Translations under genes and position numbers: made by a program
Notes under the pieces: model-generated
Told to the model about the DNA's origin: nothing
Database searches by the model: none
The model's input: only the letters and a program-made list of their open reading frames with translations
Shown: one piece after another, positions 7,170-10,109 of the stretch
Layout: every line of letters starts with the position of its first letter
Numbering within the stretch: the first letter of the stretch is position 1
NCBI GenBank assembly: GCA_002733355.1
Contig: NVVN01000006.1
Coordinates: 45,365-55,473, forward strand
Length of the DNA stretch: 10,109 bases
DNA from: Sulfurovum sp.
Lineage (GTDB): Bacteria; Campylobacterota; Campylobacteria; Campylobacterales; Sulfurovaceae
Direction of reading: 5' to 3'

Positions 7170-7224
7170 ATCATAGTATTCTTTGGTAACATATTCACCA
7201 CATTACTATAACAGTTTGATTACT
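7170..7224 (-). promoter_or_regulatory. Pho-box-like promoter of the candidate sRNA
   Basis: Minus-strand hexamers AGTAAT (7224-7219), TGTTAT (7213-7208), TGTGGT (7202-7197) and TGTTAC (7191-7186) at an 11-bp period, then 10 bp, then TATGAT (7175-7170). Confidence 0.65.
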
Positions 7225-7913
7225 TAAGAAAATTTATACCCTATACCTCGTACAGGTACAATATAATTTTTTTCTTCTTTTGAATCTATTTTTTTTCTAA
7301 GTCGATTAATTGTAACGTTAACTGTTCGTTTTTGTGTATCAGGATGATTTTTCCAAATATTTGTGAGTAAAAATTCTCTATCTAATGCCCTATGCTTATT
7401 GTTTATAAACAAAGAGAGTAGTTCAAATTCCAACTTTGTTAAAAAAACTTCTTCATCATGAATATAGGTTTTTCTTGTATTTAGATCCATTATAATATCT
7501 CTTCCACATACCCTATCATACTGTATGTTATTTGTCCGTCTTAAGATAGCTTTTACTCTATACAAAAGTTCCTTTATATTAAAAGGTTTTTTCAAGTAAT
7601 CATCACAACCTCGGATATACCCTTCTTCAATATCTTCATCTTTATCCTTGGCTGAAACAAACATAACAGGGGTATTAATGCCTTTATCTCTTAAATAGCC
7701 TATAAACTCACTGCCTTCTACACGAGGGAGCATACGATCAACCAGCATTAAATCAATATTTTCATTTTCCAACAATGATTCTACTTCACTTGTAGAGGCG
7801 ACACCTATGACTTTGTATCCATTTTTAAGCAAATGAAATGTTTCCAGTTCTAAAATATCAACATCATCTTCTATAATTAAGACTGTTGCGACAGATTCCA
7901 TATCATGTGCCAT
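7224..7913 (-). CDS. OmpR/PhoB-family response regulator (PhoB/PhosR-like)
   Basis: Receiver motifs IIEDD, LVDRMLP (phospho-Asp), VSAK and YLKKPF; winged-helix motifs LTKLEFELL, RTVNVTINRLRKKI and VRGIGYKF. The start is probably ATG 7913 or 7916 (AAAGG upstream); the ORF track extends it to 7946. Confidence 0.9.
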   Translation of the reverse strand: MAHDMESVATVLIIEDDVDILELETFHLLKNGYKVIGVASTSEVESLLENENIDLMLVDRMLPRVEGSEFIGYLRDKGINTPVMFVSAKDKDEDIEEGYIRGCDDYLKKPFNIKELLYRVKAILRRTNNIQYDRVCGRDIIMDLNTRKTYIHDEEVFLTKLEFELLSLFINNKHRALDREFLLTNIWKNHPDTQKRTVNVTINRLRKKIDSKEEKNYIVPVRGIGYKFS

Positions 7914-7949
7914 CATAAAACCTTTTTTATTGATTTGAATACCCATGCA

Positions 7950-10109
7950 TTAATACTTATAAGAAACCTCAAAACTAAAGGTTCTACCATTTTTAAATCT
8001 GTTGGTCACATTTTCTGTACTCCCTTGGTACCAAATAGTCTCTTCATCCAGTAGGTTGCCAAGCTTTGTTTTCAAACTTAAACCGTTTTGGAATTGTTCT
8101 ATCCACACTATATCTACCAAAGCGGGTGGTACTTCATAAAAATCTGGAAATTCATCTTGATCATCTATCAGACCTAGTTTTCGGATTCTCTCTCCCATTT
8201 TATTATAAGAAAGAAATACGGTTCTCCCCTCTCCCTCATAAGACAGTGCTATGTTTACAACCGTTTGTGACAAGCCTTGTAATTGTCTATTGTTTGTTGT
8301 ATAAAGTCCCTCTTGATCCTTTTGCAAAACCACCTCTGAATCGGCGTAAGTAAAGTTGCCTGATAGATAATAATTGGATAATTTGTTATAAATAAAACTT
8401 AAATTTTTTCGACCATCTATTTCTATCCCATAGATTGTTGCTGTATCCGCATTAGCAAATCCATACCTTGGAAGCGACGAGGAAAGAAGCTGCACATCTT
8501 CTATCGGTTTATCCAAAAACTTATAAAAAAGACCTACTTTAATATTTTCTGTATTAGAAAAATAATGGCTATATTTCAAATCATAACTGGTAATAAAGGT
8601 ATTCACCAAGTCTGGATTACCTTGCACCGTAGCAACTTCATAAGGGTGAAAAAACTCAGCATCTGAAAATTCTCTTAAGTCTGGAACAATATAGGTATTG
8701 GATAGTGCAAAATCAATATGGTTATTATCATTCAACTTATACTTGACACTCCCACTAAACAATAAATCATCAAAGACTAAAGAGTTTGGCACTATTTCTA
8801 TAGGATCCAAAGCACTAAAGTTATTTGTATATTCAAAAATAGTTTGTGTAAAATCAACCTTTTTAACACCTAATATAACTTCTAATCCTTCCATCGGATG
8901 TAATAAGGAGTTCAAATAAAAACTGTTTTCTTCCACCTCAGCATCATACCAATATGCAGGCTGGAAAGAGATATTCACGGCAAATAAATCTGTGGTTGTC
9001 GCCCTTACATTGTCTCCATAAATGGTATCGATGTCTTGTGTGAGTGTTGTATCCTCTCTAGATTGATCAATTTGGTACTTGTTATATCTTGATACTCTTG
9101 TTTTCAAGCTATGGGAAAAACCTACATCCACATAATCTTTTTCTGTAAATAGATTCACCATCGTTTTATTTTTAAGATAAAATGCATCCAAATCATCATC
9201 TGAAGTAAGGTTCAAGAATGCATTAGTAGTAAAACTATGCAAAAAAGGCTCTCCCAGTAGTGTTCCGTCAAATCTTAAATTTCGTAAATAAGCATACTTG
9301 TAGTTGCCGGGTTGATTTAATGATGCTTTAGCACTTTCAAATCCAAACCTAAACTTGTTCTCAAAATCAAATAGTGCATAAGCAAAATCTCCACTCACCT
9401 GATCTACATCTAGTACTCTCTCTTCCCAGTTTAAATCATATCTAATTTTCCAATCATCATCTGAGTTAGCAATACCATCCGAAACTTGTGTGACAGATTC
9501 TGAATTACGGGTATACAATTTTGTATATTTGATATGAAAGACATCTGCATAGTTATATCCCACATTGAAGATACCTGAATTCGTATATTGCTCAATTGTT
9601 CTAAATGTTTTTCCAAATTGCTCTGGAGTTGTAAATAATTTATCATTCTGTCTATCATAGGCATACGTAAAATAATCTTCTTCTCTATATCTATGCTCTT
9701 GATTATATGTATAGTTTGCGAAGAATGAAAGGGTATGGTCTTCTGCTATTTCTACACTATAGGCACCCTCTACACTCACTTTTCCACCCCATGGCAGATT
9801 TTCTTTTCTTGTCGTAAGCTTTCTGTTTACAATATCTCTCATAAAAGTTTCAAGTTGTTCTTGCGTAAACCCATGTGCTGTATCGAAAGACACTACAGGC
9901 TCCCCCACTACAATCTGTGAAGCATCCAATATCTCTTGAGGAATCGATCTATAACCATCATCTACTCCCTGCCAATCCGTAGTACTGCCTTCATACGTAT
10001 TTACTTCTGTTCCTGTATAACTGTTCCCTTTTGCTCCAATCGAAATCTTGATATAATTGTCTTTTGTTTTGTCTTTGGTTCGTATATCTATATACCCTCC
10101 ACCAAAACT
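7950..10109 (-). CDS. TonB-dependent outer-membrane receptor; 5' end truncated by the window
   Basis: The frame stays open beyond the track's TTG 9929 to the edge: SFGGGYIDIRTK (end-of-plug motif)...DWQGVDDGYR. Beta-barrel features PDLRE, GNPDL, YGIEIDG and NLLDE; aromatic C-terminus FEVSYKY. Confidence 0.9.
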   Translation of the reverse strand, partial: SFGGGYIDIRTKDKTKDNYIKISIGAKGNSYTGTEVNTYEGSTTDWQGVDDGYRSIPQEILDASQIVVGEPVVSFDTAHGFTQEQLETFMRDIVNRKLTTRKENLPWGGKVSVEGAYSVEIAEDHTLSFFANYTYNQEHRYREEDYFTYAYDRQNDKLFTTPEQFGKTFRTIEQYTNSGIFNVGYNYADVFHIKYTKLYTRNSESVTQVSDGIANSDDDWKIRYDLNWEERVLDVDQVSGDFAYALFDFENKFRFGFESAKASLNQPGNYKYAYLRNLRFDGTLLGEPFLHSFTTNAFLNLTSDDDLDAFYLKNKTMVNLFTEKDYVDVGFSHSLKTRVSRYNKYQIDQSREDTTLTQDIDTIYGDNVRATTTDLFAVNISFQPAYWYDAEVEENSFYLNSLLHPMEGLEVILGVKKVDFTQTIFEYTNNFSALDPIEIVPNSLVFDDLLFSGSVKYKLNDNNHIDFALSNTYIVPDLREFSDAEFFHPYEVATVQGNPDLVNTFITSYDLKYSHYFSNTENIKVGLFYKFLDKPIEDVQLLSSSLPRYGFANADTATIYGIEIDGRKNLSFIYNKLSNYYLSGNFTYADSEVVLQKDQEGLYTTNNRQLQGLSQTVVNIALSYEGEGRTVFLSYNKMGERIRKLGLIDDQDEFPDFYEVPPALVDIVWIEQFQNGLSLKTKLGNLLDEETIWYQGSTENVTNRFKNGRTFSFEVSYKY

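Noticed and set aside
8066..9920. Short ORFs inside the TonB receptor (8066-8353, 8698-8919, 9431-9664, 9735-9920)
   Set aside because: Alternative-frame or antisense by-products with no independent support.

Overview
Low-GC window that looks like Campylobacterota (Sulfurovum/Sulfurimonas-like; inferred, not verified) and appears to be a phosphate-starvation (Pho) locus. Minus strand, right to left: 3' part of a TonB-dependent receptor (open to the window edge); an orphan OmpR/PhoB-family response regulator; a Lys-rich histone H1-like gene; phoX; an uncharacterised lipoprotein with two CXXCH motifs; and a NadN-type 5'-nucleotidase lipoprotein that is missing from the ORF track and runs on into a second domain at the left edge. 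A small HTH gene lies on the plus strand, divergent from the histone-like gene. The strongest non-coding signal is a promoter architecture that recurs four times: TGT(T/A)AC-like hexamers every 11 bp, then exactly 10 bp, then a -10 box. Two copies precede nadN and phoX. The other two point at unannotated elements: a ~116-nt structured RNA candidate (7163-7048) with an exposed C-rich anti-Shine-Dalgarno-like loop, and a short transcript carrying a strong RBS and a 5-codon ORF. All regulatory and RNA calls come from manual sequence reading only.
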